Below, piece by piece: positions 50,283-63,808 of a DNA stretch of 64,000 nt (position 1 is its first letter; every line of letters starts with the position of its first letter). A program made the translations under genes and the position numbers. The DNA is taken from NCBI RefSeq assembly GCF_009914755.1, contig NC_060926.1; one strand, written 5' to 3'. The stretch is from the human T2T-CHM13v2.0 reference genome, Homo sapiens. The notes beneath the pieces are model-generated. The model ran no database searches, was not told where the DNA came from, and saw nothing but the letters and a program-made list of their open reading frames with translations.

Positions 50283-53200
50283 CACCCCTCCCTCGGCAGC
50301 TCTTTTACGACCCAAAACGGGGATACAAATGCCCCTGAGAGAGCAGCGGTATACTGGGATAGAGGAGGATGGTCACGTGGTGGAGAGGAGTGTTTTTGGG
50401 TAGCAGCCCTTCACCTCCCTCGACTTCTCAACTAGAAAAACAATACACCGCCCTCTACCGAAAAGCCACAAGCCCTAATTGATTTGCTCCAAACTGTTAT
50501 CCAGACCCACAACCACACCTGGGCTGATTGGCACCAGTTGCTCATGTTCCTCTTTAACAGCGAAGAAAGGCGGAGAGTCCTCCAAGCAGCAACTAAGTGG
50601 CTAGAGGAACATACAATAGCTGATTATCAAAACCCCCAAGAGTATGGAAGGACCCAGTTACCAGGAACCGACCCCCAGTTGGACCCACATGAAAGAGAGG
50701 ATATGCAAAGGCTAAACCAAGACAGGGAAGCTGTCTTGGAAGGATTAATGAGGAGAGCTCAGAAGGCCACAAACGTTAACAAGCTCTCTGAGGTCATTCA
50801 GGGAAAAGAAGAAAGTCCAGCACAATTCTACTAGAGACTGTGTGAGGACTGTCGTCTGTATACTCCCTTTGATCCCGATAGCCCTGAAATCAGCGCATGA
50901 TTCACATGGCTTTAGTCCATCAAAACACAGAAGACATGAGAAGAAAACTGCAGAAACAGGCTGGGCTTGCAGGGATGAATACATCACAATTACTAGAAAT
51001 AGCTAGCCAGGTGTTTGTAAACAGGGATGCAGTAAGCCGTAAGGAAAACGGCAAAGAGAATGGAGGTCAGGCCCAGTGAAACACCGAACTGTGGGTTAGC
51101 TGCAGCAATCAGAGGGGCCCCCCCGCAAAGAGGCAAGGGAAGGGGGGTCCTGGGAAAGAAACTCAGCTTGGCTGTCAGAGTTTGCAGTGTAACCAGTGTG
51201 CTTATTGTAAAGAAATAGGACAGTGGAAGAACAAATGCCCTCAGCTCAAAAGAAAACAAGGTGACTCCGAGCAGGAGGCCCCGGACAAGGAGGAAGGGGC
51301 CCTGCTCAACCTGGCTGAAGAGTTATTGGACTGACGGAGACCGGGCTCAAGCGTCCCCAAAGAGCCTCTGGTCAGAATGACAGTTGGGGGAAGAGACATT
51401 GATTTTCTTGTAGATAGCGGTGCTGAACATTCGCTAGTAACTGCCGCGGTCGCCCCCTTATCCAAAAAGACTATTGACGTCATCGGAGCCACGGGGGTTT
51501 CAGCAAAGCAAGCTTCCTGCTTGCCTCGGACTTGTACTGTGGGAGGACATAAAGTCATTCATCAGTTTTGGTACATGCCTGACTGCCCCTTGCCCTTTTG
51601 GGGAAGGGACTTGCTCAGCAAGCTGAGAGCCACTATCTCTGACAGAGCATGGCTCTTTGCTGCTAAAGTTACCCGGAACAGGAGTCATTATGACCCTTAT
51701 GGTCCCCTGAGAGGAGGAATGTAGACTTTTCTGAACGGAGCCGGGCCAAGAGAGAAGACCAGCTCTGGCTAAGAGGTGGCCAAGAGTACAGGCAGAACAC
51801 AACCCTCCGGGATTGGCCAGTTAAGACCGGCACCCAGCCAGTTAGGCACAAACAGGAACCCGTCCCCAGAGAAGCTCTTCAAAGTATCCAGGTCCGTCTC
51901 AAGCACCTAAGAACTTTTGGAATGATTGTTCCTTGTCAGTCTCCGTGGAACACTCCCCTCCTGCCTGTTCCCAAGCCACGGACCAAGGACTACCGGCCGG
52001 TACAAGATTTGCGCTTGCTTAATCAAGCTACACTGACTTTCCATCCAACAGGAGCTAACCCGTCCGCATTGTTGGGGTTGCTGCCAGCTGAGGACAGCTG
52101 CTTCACCTGCTTGGACCCGAAAGATGCTTTCTTTCCTATCAGATTAGCCCCTGAGAGGCAGAATCTGTTTCCCTTTCAGTGGGAAGATCTGGAGTCAGGT
52201 GTCTCTAGTCAGCACACTTGGACCGGGCTTCTCCAAGGGTTCAAGAACTCCCCCACCATCTTCGGGGAGGCATTGGCTCGAGACCTCCAGAAGTTTCCCA
52301 CCAGAGACCTAGGCTGCGTGTTGCTCAAGTAGGTTGATGACCTTCTGCTGGGACACCCCACAGCAGTCGGGTGTGCCAAGGGAACAGATGCCCTACTCCG
52401 GCACCTGGAGGACTGTGGGTATATGGTGTCCAAGAAGAAAGCTCAGATCTGCCGACAGCAGGTACGTTACTTGGGATTTACTATCCAACAGGGGTCGGAA
52501 CGCAGCCCGGGATCAGAAAGAAAGCAGGTCATTTGCAATCTAGCGGAGCCTAAGAGCAGAAGGCAAGTGAGAGAATTCTTAGGAGCTGTGGGATTTTGTA
52601 GACTCTGGGTCCCAAACTTTGCAGTATTAGCCAAGCCTTTGTATGAGGTCACAAAGGGGGCGGGGACTGGGAACCTTTGGAATGCGGATCCCAACAACAG
52701 CAAGTCTTTCATGAGTTAAAGGAAAAACTTCTGGCAGCCCCAGCCCTGGGGCTACCCGACCTGACAAAGCCTTTTCCATTGTATGCATCAGAGAGAGAAG
52801 AGATGGCAGCTGGACTTTGAACCCAAACTGTGGGGCCCTGGCTGAGGCCGGTGGCCTACTTCTCTAAACAACTAGACGGGGTTTCTAAAGGATGGCCCCC
52901 CTGTTTGAGGGCCTTGGCAGCAACTGCCCTGTTAGGACAAGAAGCAAATAAGCTGACTCTTGGGCAAAACCTGAGCATAAAGGCCTCCCATGCTGTGGTG
53001 ACTTTAATGAATACTAAAGGACATCATTGGCTAACGAATGCCAGACTCACCAAGTACCAAATTTTGCTCTGTGAAAATCCCCGTATAACCATTGAAGTTT
53101 GTAACACCCTACACCCCGCCACCTTGCTCCTGGTATCAGAGAGCCCTGTCGAGCCTGATTGTGTAGAAGTGTTGGACTCAGTTGACTCTAGCAGACCTGA

Positions 53201-54353
53201 CTTCCAGGACCAGCCTTGGGCATCAGTAGACTTGGAACTATATGTGGATGGGAGCAGCTTCTTCAACCCCCAAGGAGAGAGAGGTGCAGGGTGTGCCGTG
53301 GTAACCCTGGACACTGTTGTTGAAGCCAGATCGTTGCCCCAGGGCACTTCAGCCCAGAAAGCTGAACTCATTGCTTTCATTCGGGCCTTAGAACTCAGTG
53401 AGGGTGGGACTGTCAACATTTACACTGATTCTTGGTATGTCTTTTTAACCCTTCAAGTGCATGGAGCGTGATAGAAAGAAAAGGGCCTATTGAACTCTGG
53501 GGGAAAGACAGAAAATATCAACAAGAAATCTTGCAATTATTAGAAGCAGTATGGAAACCCCACAAGGTGGCAGTTGTGCATTGCAGAAGACACCAGCGAG
53601 CTTCTACCTTGGTGGGTTTGGGGAATTCGCGCGCTGCCTCAGAGGCTCGAAAAGCAGCATCTGCCGCCTTCCGGGCATCAGTGCTCCCTCAAGCACCTGA
53701 TCTTGGACTTACTTCTTCTAAAGAAGAAAAGGACTTTCTCCAGGTAGAGGGAAGGACAAGTGATGCAGGAAGGATGGATTCGGTTACCAGATGGGAGAGT
53801 AGCTGTGCCACACTTGCTAGGAGGTGCAGTTGTACTGGCTGTGCATGAAACCACGCATGTAGGTCAGGAGTCACTGGAAAAGTTGTTAGGCTGGTATTTG
53901 TACATCTCACATTTGTCAGCCCTCGCCAAAACGGTGAGGCAGCAGTGTGTTACCTGCCGACAGCATAATGCGAGGCAAGGTCCAGCCGTTCCACCCGGCA
54001 TACAAGCTTACGGAGCAGCCCCCTTTGAAAATCTCCAGGTAGACTTCACAGAGATGACAAAGTGTGGAGATAACATGTATTTACTAGTTCTTGCACATAC
54101 CTACTCTGGGTGGGTGGAGGCCTATCCAACATGAACTGAGAAATCTCGTGAAGTAACCCCTGTGCTTCTTCGAGATCTGATTCCGAGATTTTGACTGGCC
54201 TTACGGATTGGCTCAGATAACGGGCCTGCGTCTTTGGCTGCCTTGGTACAGAAGACGGCAAAGGTATTGGGGATCACACGGAAACTGCATGCCACCTCCC
54301 GGCCTAAGAGTTCCGGAAAGTTGGAGCGGATGAATCAGACTATCAAAAATAGT
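50283..54353 (+). mobile_element. HERV-E-like internal fragment (gag CA-NC, pro, RT, RNase H, partial IN); defective, no LTRs
   Basis: CA 'TWADWHQLLMFLFNSEERRRV'; MHR 'IQGKEESPAQFY*'; NC knuckle NQCAYCKEIGQWKNKCP (H>Q); gag TGA ~51,332; protease FLVDSGA; RT PWNTPLLPV/QGFKNSP with K*VDD; RNase H; IN truncated at MNQTIKNS. Confidence 0.92.
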
Positions 54354-56395
54354 ACTATTATCTTCCCCGCTGGATATTTAAAACAACACCACAAGCAAGG
54401 GGCCTCAAAGCACCTGCTAAATTTGAGGGAATGTTATCCTCTCCCCCCCTCCCCTGACCCTGGATATTAGAGACAATAACACAGGGGTAATGTACACCCA
54501 CTGCCTTATTGGGAGTACCATCATCCTCTCCCTTCTTGAATATTAGGAGCAGTATCACACTGCGCGTGTACGCCTGTCGTGAAATTCTATGGAATGTCAC
54601 CCTTTGCCTCCCTGGATATGATGAACAATATCACGGGGGATGTACAACTTCTGAGATATTGGCAGTGATATCATCCTCTCCCCTCTGGAAGTTAGGGACA
54701 ATATCACAGGGGTAGTGTACACCCTCTGGGATGTTGGGATTAATATCATCCTCCCGCCCACTGGATATTAAAAACCATATCACAAGGGCGTGTACACACA
54801 CTTCGATATTGGTATTAATACCATCCTCTCCCTCTTTGGATATTCGGTGCCATATTTCAGGTGCGGTATATACCACCTGCAATATTGGAAGTAATATGAT
54901 TTTCTCCACCCCCCACATATCAGAAACAATAACACAGGGGGGTGTCAACAACCCCTGCGATATTTGGAGGAATATCATCGTCTCTCCTCAAGAATATTAA
55001 GAACAATATCGTAGGGGTGGGGGGTGTACACCCCCTTTCATATTTGATATCATCCTCTTCCCCCCTGGATATTAGGAACAATATCAGGAAGGGATGTACA
55101 GACCCTGCGACCTTTGCTGTCATATAATTTTCTCTCCCCTAGATATTAGGACAAATGTCACTGGGGATGTGAACAGCCCTGCGATATTCGGAGTAGTGTC
55201 ATCCTCTGCCCCCTTGCATATTGGGAACAACATCACAGGTGGGGTGTACTGCCTCTGCGATATTGGGAGTAAAATTTTCCTCTCTTCCCCTGGACATTAG
55301 GAAGGGTATCAGAGGGGGAGGGTGTACATTCCCTGCGATATTCAACGTAACCTTATCCTCTCCCTCCCATGGTATTCAGAACAATAAGACAGGAGGGGTG
55401 TACACCCCCTGCGATATTGAGAGTCATATCATCCTCTTTCGCTCTGGATATTAGGAACAATATCACAGGGTTGTGTACACCCCTTACAATAGTGGGAGTA
55501 ATATCATCCTCTCTCCCTGTGGATATTAGGAAGAGTATCACAGGGCTGTGTAAACCCCCTGCGGTACTGGGAGTAATATCATCCTCTCTCCCTCTGGATA
55601 TTAGGAAGATTTTCACAGGGGTGTGTACACCCCCTACGATATTGGGAGTAATATCATCCTCTCCACCCAGGAAATGACTAACAAGGTCACGGGGGAGTGT
55701 ACTCCCCCTGTGATATTGGGAGTAATGTCGTCCTCCCCAAACCTGGATGTTAGCAACAGGATCACAGAGGGGGTGTACACACCCTGTGACATTGGAAATA
55801 ATAATGACCCTCTCCCCACCTGGATATGGGGAAAGATATCACAGCGCGGGTATACATTTCCTACGCTGTTAGGAGTAATATCATTCTTTTCCTTTCTGGA
55901 TATTAGGAAGAATATCACAGGGGTGCTGTACAATTACTTCGATATTGGGATACTCTATTTTCCTGGATATTGGGCACAAAAACACAAAAGGGTGTACAGC
56001 CCCTGCGATATTGGGAGTAATAGCATACTCTCCTTCCCTGGATGTTAGAAAACAATATCATCAGGGCTGAACACCCCCGGCGATAAGGGGAGTCATAGTG
56101 ACTCTTTCACAGGCCATTTGGAACAATATCACAGGGGGTGTTTACAAACAGGGGTGGTGTACACCCCCTGGGATATTGGGAGTAACATCATTCTCTCCAC
56201 CTCCGGATATTAAGAACAATATCCTGGCGGGAGGTGGTACACCCCCAGTGATATTGGGAATAATGTCATCCTCTCCTTCCCTGGATATTCGGAACAATAT
56301 CACAGGGGGGTGTACACCTTCTGTGATATTGGAAGCAATATCATCCTCTCCCCCGCTGGATATTAGAAAAAATATCACTCATGGTGTACATCCAC
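54354..56395 (+). repeat. SATR-type satellite type A (paralog of 33,352-35,390)
   Basis: Unit-by-unit colinear with the first array. Confidence 0.9.
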
Positions 56396-57914
56396 TGTGA
56401 TATTAGGAAGAATATTACAGGGTGTACACCCACTCTGACTTTAGGAGAAATAGCTCCCTCAAATGTCACAAATAATACCACAGGGTATACACTGATGTCT
56501 CCCTAGGATATTACAAATACTATCACAGGGTGTACACCCACTGTGATAACAGGAGTAATACGTCGCAAGGATACTACCAATAATATCCCAAGGCCGTACA
56601 CCCACTATGACACAGGGAGTGAAATCTCCCTAGGGTATTACGAATAATATCACAGAATGTACACCAATGATGTGCACCCACGGTGACATTAGGAGTAATA
56701 TCAACCCAGGACATAACCAATAACACCACAGGGAGTACAGACATGATGTACACCGACAGTGATGTTACGAGAACTATCTCCCTAGGATAATACGAATAAC
56801 ATCACAGAGTTTACACACATGGTATACACCCACTGTGGCACTGGGACTAATAACTTTCTAAGATATTACAAATAGCATCACAGAATAGAAACACATGGTG
56901 TACACCCACTGTAACACAAGGTGTAATTTCTCCCTAGGATATTACGAGTGACATCTCAGTGCGTACACACATGGTAAACACCCACTGTGACATTAAGGGT
57001 AATATCCCCCTAGGATATTACCAATAACATCACAGGGTGTCCACCCATGGTGTACACGCTCTGTGATGTTAGGGATAATAACTCCCTAGGATATGATGAA
57101 TAATACCACAGGGTGTACAGAAACTGTGATATTAGAGGTAATATCGCTCTAGGATATTATGAATAATATCACAGGGTGTACATCCACTGTGATACTGGGA
57201 GCAATATCTCTCTAGGATAGTACAAATAATATCACAGAGTGGACACCCACTGTGATATTAGGAGAAATATCTCTCTGGGATATTACAAATCATATCACAG
57301 AGTGTACACACGTGGTGTACATCCACTTTGCTATTAGGAGTAATATCTTCCTAGGACATTACAAATAACATCGCAGAGTGTACACCCACTGTAATATTAG
57401 GAATCGTATTTCCCTAGGTGATTACAAATACTATCACAGGGTGTACACCCACTGTGATATTAGGAGTAATATCCTCCTAGGGTATTACAAATAATTTCAC
57501 AGTCTGTACACACATGGTGTACACTCACTGTGATATTAGGAGTAATATCTACCTAGTGGATAACAAATAACATCGCAGGGTGTACACCCACTTTGATATT
57601 AGCTGTAATATTTTCCTAAGTTGTTACAAATAATATCACAGGGTGTACGAACAGGGTGTACACTAACTGTGATATTCGGAGTCGTATCTCCATAATATAT
57701 TATGAATAATATCACAGGGTGTACACCCACTGTATTATTAGGAGTGATATCTCTGTAGGATATTACAATTAATATCACAGGGTGTGCAGCCACTGTGATA
57801 TTAGGAGCAATATCTTTCTAGGATATTACAAACAATATCACAGGGTGTATGCTCACTCTGCTGTCAGGAGCAATATCTCCCTAGGATATCCAAAATAATA
57901 TCACAGGGTGTACA
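56396..57914 (+). repeat. SATR-type satellite type B (paralog of 35,391-36,856)
   Basis: Colinear; has one extra monomer (~56,555-56,620) relative to copy 1. Confidence 0.9.
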
Positions 57915-58132
57915 ATCTCTGCCTTCCAGGTTCTAAGGGATTCTCCTGCTTCAGCCTCCCGAGTAGCTAGGGTTACCCGCCAGCACGCCCGGCTAATTTT
58001 TTTTTTATTTTCACTAGAGACGGGGTTTCACCACGTTGGCCAGGCTGGTCTGGAACTCCTGACCTCAGGTGATCCGTCGGCCTCGGCCGCCCAAAGTGCT
58101 GGGATTACAGGTGTGAGCCATGGCGCTCGGCC
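57913..58132 (-). mobile_element. Truncated Alu fused to the satellite (paralog of 36,855-37,074)
   Basis: Identical junction gtgtacaatctctgccttccagg. Confidence 0.85.
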
Positions 58133-58792
58133 AAGAGTTATATATTAAATTCATTTGGAAACACAGCTCCCATATTTGAGTGTGCATGTACTTCTATGAA
58201 GAAATGATGTCAGAAAACCTAAGGATGATAATAAATATGAAAAGTAACAGGCATGTGAAAAGGTGTTCCGATTGAGAACTCTAAGGTTCGATTTCGTTTT
58301 TAGATAATGGGGTCCTAGCTCTTGTATCATCCTCTTACATATTCTACATCAAAGGAATTTGTAGCACGGTGTCAGAATAAAATAGAGCGTATTTCACTGC
58401 TTCTTAATTTCTTTCAATTAGACTGAGATCTTTTTCTTAAAGAGAGAAGGACATTTTCATTGCATTTTATTTTTTCTGAAAAGAGTAGGCCGTATTTTAC
58501 TGAGATCACGGATTTGTTATATATTAAGTTTTGGTCTTCCAACATTCTTCAGTGGGTTTTCTCTAAAGTAGTATGTACAGAAGGAGTTGAATAGCAAAAA
58601 AGTAAATCACGTAATAACTCTGAGATTTTTGGGTTTGTCACAACTGAGAAATATTGCTGATGGCGTATGGTCCTCAAGTGTGAAAATGTTCCCTGTGAAT
58701 TGCTTGCATCCAAAATATACACACAGCATTAAGGGCTGGTTTTTATCTTTTATTTTTCCAATCCTCTTTCCTTCTCAAGGTGTCCAAGACAC

Positions 58793-59788
58793 ACGGAGCC
58801 ACGGAATCTCACAGGTGTCTGAGAATTCCTCCTCCTGGGACTCTCAGAGGATCCAGAACTGCAGCCGGTCCTCGCTTTGCTGTCCCTGTCCCTGTCCATG
58901 TCCATGTATCTGGTCACGGTGCTGAGGAACCTGCTCAGCATCCTGGCTGTCAGCTCTGACTCCCAACTCCACACCCCCATGTACTTCTTCCTCTCCAACC
59001 TGTGCTGGGCTGACATCGGTTTCACCTCGCCCATGGTTCCCAAGATGATCGTGGACATGCAGTCGCATAGCAGAGTCATCTCTCATGCGGGCTGCCTGAC
59101 ACGGATGTCTTTCTTGGTCCTTTTTGCATGTATAGAAGACATGCTCCTGACTGTGATGGCCTATGACTGCTTTGTAGCCATCTGTCGCCCTCTGCACTAC
59201 CCAGTCATCATGAATCCTCACCTCTGTGTCTTCTTCGTTTTGGTGTCCTTTTTCCTTAGCCTGTTGGATTCCCAGCTGCACAGTTAGATTGTGTTACAAT
59301 TCACTTTCTTCAATAATGTGGAAATTGCTAATTTTGTCTATGAGCCATCTCAACTTCTCAACCTTGACTGTTCTGACACCGTCATCAATAGCATATTTAT
59401 ATATTTCGATAGTACTGTTTGGTTTTCTTCCCATTTCAGGGATCCTTTGTCTTAGTATAAAATTGTCCCCTCCATTCTAAGGATGTCATCGTCAGATGGG
59501 AAGTATAAAGCCTTCGCCACCTGTGGCTCTCACCTAGCAGTTGTTTGCTGATTTGATGGAACAGGCATTGGCATGTACCTGACTTCAGCTGTGTCACCAC
59601 CCCCCAGGAATGGTGTGGCGGCGTCAGTGATGTACGCTGTGGTCACCCCCATGCTGAACCTTTTCATCTACAGCCTGAGAAACAGGGACATTCAAAGTGC
59701 CCTGCAGAGGCTGAGTAGCAGAACAGTGGAATCTCATGTTCTGTTCCATCCTTTTTCTTGTGTGGGTGAGAAAGGGCAACCACATTAA
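58793..59788 (+). pseudogene. OR7E90P: Olfactory receptor family 7E pseudogene (copy 3, close paralog of 37,705-38,695)
   Basis: Shares the ACG start and the GV*EF, S*YK and VVC*F stops with copy 1. Has MAYDCF, a private stop at 59,285-59,287, a 6-bp tccatg duplication and small deletions. Symbol tentative. Confidence 0.9.
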
Positions 59789-60641
59789 ATCCCTACATCT
59801 GCAAATCCTGCCCCTTAGTCACATTCTTTTTGTGGCTTGATGGCTTTTATTCCTTTCCGCATTTCCTTTGTGAATATTGCTTTCTTCGTTATGCCTTTAA
59901 CCGGAATGGGTGAGTATTCTGGGATCCTCTGTTTAGCAGGAACCTCATGACAGAATCCTCTATACCTAGGCGGCCTCTTTTAGTTTCTGAGCAATAACCC
60001 TGTCATCCAGGTGGAATCACAACCATCTTTTTATATACACGAAGTCCTCTCTTCATTTTGGAATTCCCTGAAGACTGACTTTATGGAAACAATGTACAGG
60101 AGGTCCTCCAACACCACTGGTTGTTCAAAGTTGTGTAGTTATACTGTTGGTGAGGAATAAGTGGTTTCGCTATATCTAATTTTGCTTAAAGGTGAAGTTT
60201 CCAAGAGACTTTCAAAGATGTTAAGTGAGGACATACTGTAAATCAAATTCATATCCTCTTCCAGAGTTCATGTGGAATTTCTTTATAAACTGCTTCTAGA
60301 GAATCAATTTAGGCAGGTTATGTGTAGAGATCCAAGTCACCGGTCCTCAATCTTGGCTTTGAGTCAAATCACCTGTGGAGCTTACAAATGATGAGGCCTG
60401 GGTCTCAATACCTGAGATTCTGATTTCCTTGCACCTGTGTGAGTATGTGGATTTTTTTTTGTTTTGTTTTGTTTTTAAAGCACCAGAGGTGGTTGCAATG
60501 ACGAAGTTTTTAGAGGCATCAAGCTCCAATGAGTAAGAACAGAAGTTAATTGTAATATGATTTCTTCAAATATTATCTTCAAATGCATTGTCCATCAACA
60601 CCATACCAATGTTTATTATGCAGTTGTTTCTTACCATTTAG

Positions 60642-61041
<400 letters not shown>

Positions 61042-61376
61042 TAGATTTATACACACTTTGATTGCTGCTTTGTTATACACTTGCATATACATAGGATGGG
61101 AAATAGAAAAGAATAAAATCGGCAACGTATCCCTGAAGTTTCACAGTCCGAGACATGTTAAAAATATTTGCTTTTTAGAAATTTGTTTCCATTGAGAAAC
61201 TGTGGTATACACACACAATGAAGTATTATTCAGCCTAAAAAGGAATAAACAAAATCCTCTCCACTGCAGACAAAATGGATGAGATTGCAGGTCTGTATAT
61301 TAAGTGAAAGAAGCCAGGCACAGAATGACAAATATTTCATGTCCTCACTTCTATGTAGGAACAAAAAGAAAATCTT

Positions 61377-61607
61377 GGCCAGGTGTAGTGGCTCAGGCCT
61401 GTAATCCCAGCACTGTGGGAGGCCGAGTCGCACGAATCACTTGAGGCCAGGAGTTCGAGACCCGCCTGGCCAACATGGTGAAACCCCGTCTCTACTGAAA
61501 ACACAAACAATTAGCCGGGCGTGGTGACACGTGCCTGTAGTCTCAGCTACTCGGAGGGCTGAGGCCCAAGAAGCACTTGAACTCGGGAAGCGGAGGTTGC
61601 AATGAGC
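61377..61607 (+). mobile_element. Alu, 3'-truncated at a deletion junction (paralog of 40,249-40,520)
   Basis: Ends at ggttgcaatgagc, followed by filler and satellite. Confidence 0.85.
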
Positions 61608-61628
61608 AACCTTTAAGATTATGAAGAT

Positions 61629-63457
61629 TATTAAAGGGTGTACAGGACCTGTGAATTACGAGTAACATTTCCATAGCATATTGCACGTAACATCACTGTG
61701 TGTACACGCCGTGTGACATTAGGGGTAACATCCCACAAAATTATAACGAACAATTTCACAAGGTGTGCACCCTCTGTGAAATTAAAAGTAACATTTCCCT
61801 AGAATATGACGACAAGATCACAGAGTGTACACCCTCTGTGATATGAGGAGTGACATCTTATGAGGATAATACGAGTAATTGGACAAGGTGTACAAACCCT
61901 GTGACATAAGGAGTGACATCCCTCTAGGATATTAAGAATAATATCAAACGGAACATACCCCGTGTGACAATAAATGCAACCTCCCCTTAGGAGAATAAGA
62001 ATAACACCACAAGGTGAACACACAATGTGACATTATTATTAAGGTAAAGCTAGGATATTGGGAATAACATCACAGTGTACAGAGTCCTGTGACATCAGGT
62101 TTAACTTTCCCCTACAAAATTAGGAATAGTATTGAAGGGTGTATACCCTCTGCGACTTTAGCAGCCGCATCTTGCTACAATATGGAAGATAATGTCCCAG
62201 GGTGTGAACCAAGGGTGGCAGTAGGGAAAAGATCCTAGGACAAATCGGGGAGTAATATCACCCCCCTCTCCCCCCCGGATATGACGATCCACATCGCAGC
62301 GGGGCGGGCGCCCTCCGCGATGCGTCGAGTAATATCACGCCCCCCTCCCCCCCTGGATATTATGATCCAGGGTGGTCACGTAGCCTGTTCACGTTATTCT
62401 CAGTAATATCTTCTCCACCTCTGGAAATTACCAACTATATCACAGATGGGTGTACATCCTCTGCACTATTTGCAGTAATTGCATCCTCTTCCCTCTGGAT
62501 ATTAAGAAAAATATCACAGGAGTGTTTCTACCCCTAGTGGCATTGGGTGTAGTATCATCCTCTCCCACGTTGAAATTAGGAAAAATATCACTGGGGGCGT
62601 GTCCACCCCATGCGATGTTGAAAGTAATATCCTCTTGTCTCATGGATCATGGGAACAATATCAGTGGCGTGGTGTACACTTTCTGCGGTATTGGTAGTAA
62701 GATCATCCTCTCCGCCTTGGAATATTAAGGACAGTATCACAGGCCGATGTACACACCCGGCCGTATTAAGAGGAATATTATCCTCTCCCGCCCTGCATAT
62801 TAGGAACAATATCATAGAGTGGGTGTAAACCTCCTGCGATATGGGGAGTAATATCATCTTCTCTTCTTCTGGATAGTATCAACAATATCACACGGGTTTG
62901 TACAATTTCCGTGATATTGGGAGTAATAACCTCTCTGCCTTTGAATATTAAGAACAATATCACAGACTGGATGTACACCCCCTGCGATATTGGGAGTCAT
63001 ATCAGCCTCTCCTCTCCATGGATATTAGGAATAATATCCCAGGATGGGTGTACACCTTCTGCTGTATGGGGAGTCATATCGTCCTCTCCCTTCCTGGCTA
63101 TTAGGAACAATATCACAAGGTGGGTGTACACAGCCTGCGATATTGGGAGTAATATCACCCTCTCCCCCTCCGGATATTAGGAACAATATCACAGAAGGGG
63201 TGTACACTTCCTGCGATACTGGGAGTAAAGCATTCTCTTCTTCTGTGAATGTTAGGAGCAATATCACCGAGTGGATGTACACCCACTGCTATATTGGGAG
63301 TAACGTCATACTCCACCCCTGGATGTTATATTCGGATCAATATCACCGAGTGGGTGTACACCTACTGCGATATTGAACGTAATATCATGCTCTCTCACTC
63401 CCTGGTCATTAGGAACAATATCACACGTGAGTGTACACCCACTGAGATATTAGGCGT
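61629..63457 (+). repeat. SATR-type satellite: type B (to ~62,240) then type A
   Basis: Paralogous to 49,317-49,920 plus a 1.2-kb segment absent there. Confidence 0.88.
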
Positions 63458-63790
63458 AATATTAGTATTAATTATTACTCATTTATTAGTAACATGACTA
63501 TGAATTACCAATATTAATATTAAGGAATAATTGCTAATAAAGTTATCAGATTATTAATGTTAGTATTAATTATTAGGAGCTACTATTACTGTTTTCTAAT
63601 GAATAAGGTCAGTATCAGTTATTAATTTCAGGCATTGTTTATCATTAATATTAATCATTTATTGTTTTCTTTAGTATAACTATTTAATATTAATTATCAT
63701 TATCGGTATTGATTTTAAAAATTATAGTATCAGTTTTTAATATTGATAATTATTAGTATCAATTAATAATTGATATTATTAATTGCGATA
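63458..63790. repeat. AT-rich spacer (paralog of 49,921-50,260)
   Basis: Colinear AT-rich sequence. Confidence 0.85.
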
Positions 63791-63808
63791 CGTAATATTG
63801 CGACATTC

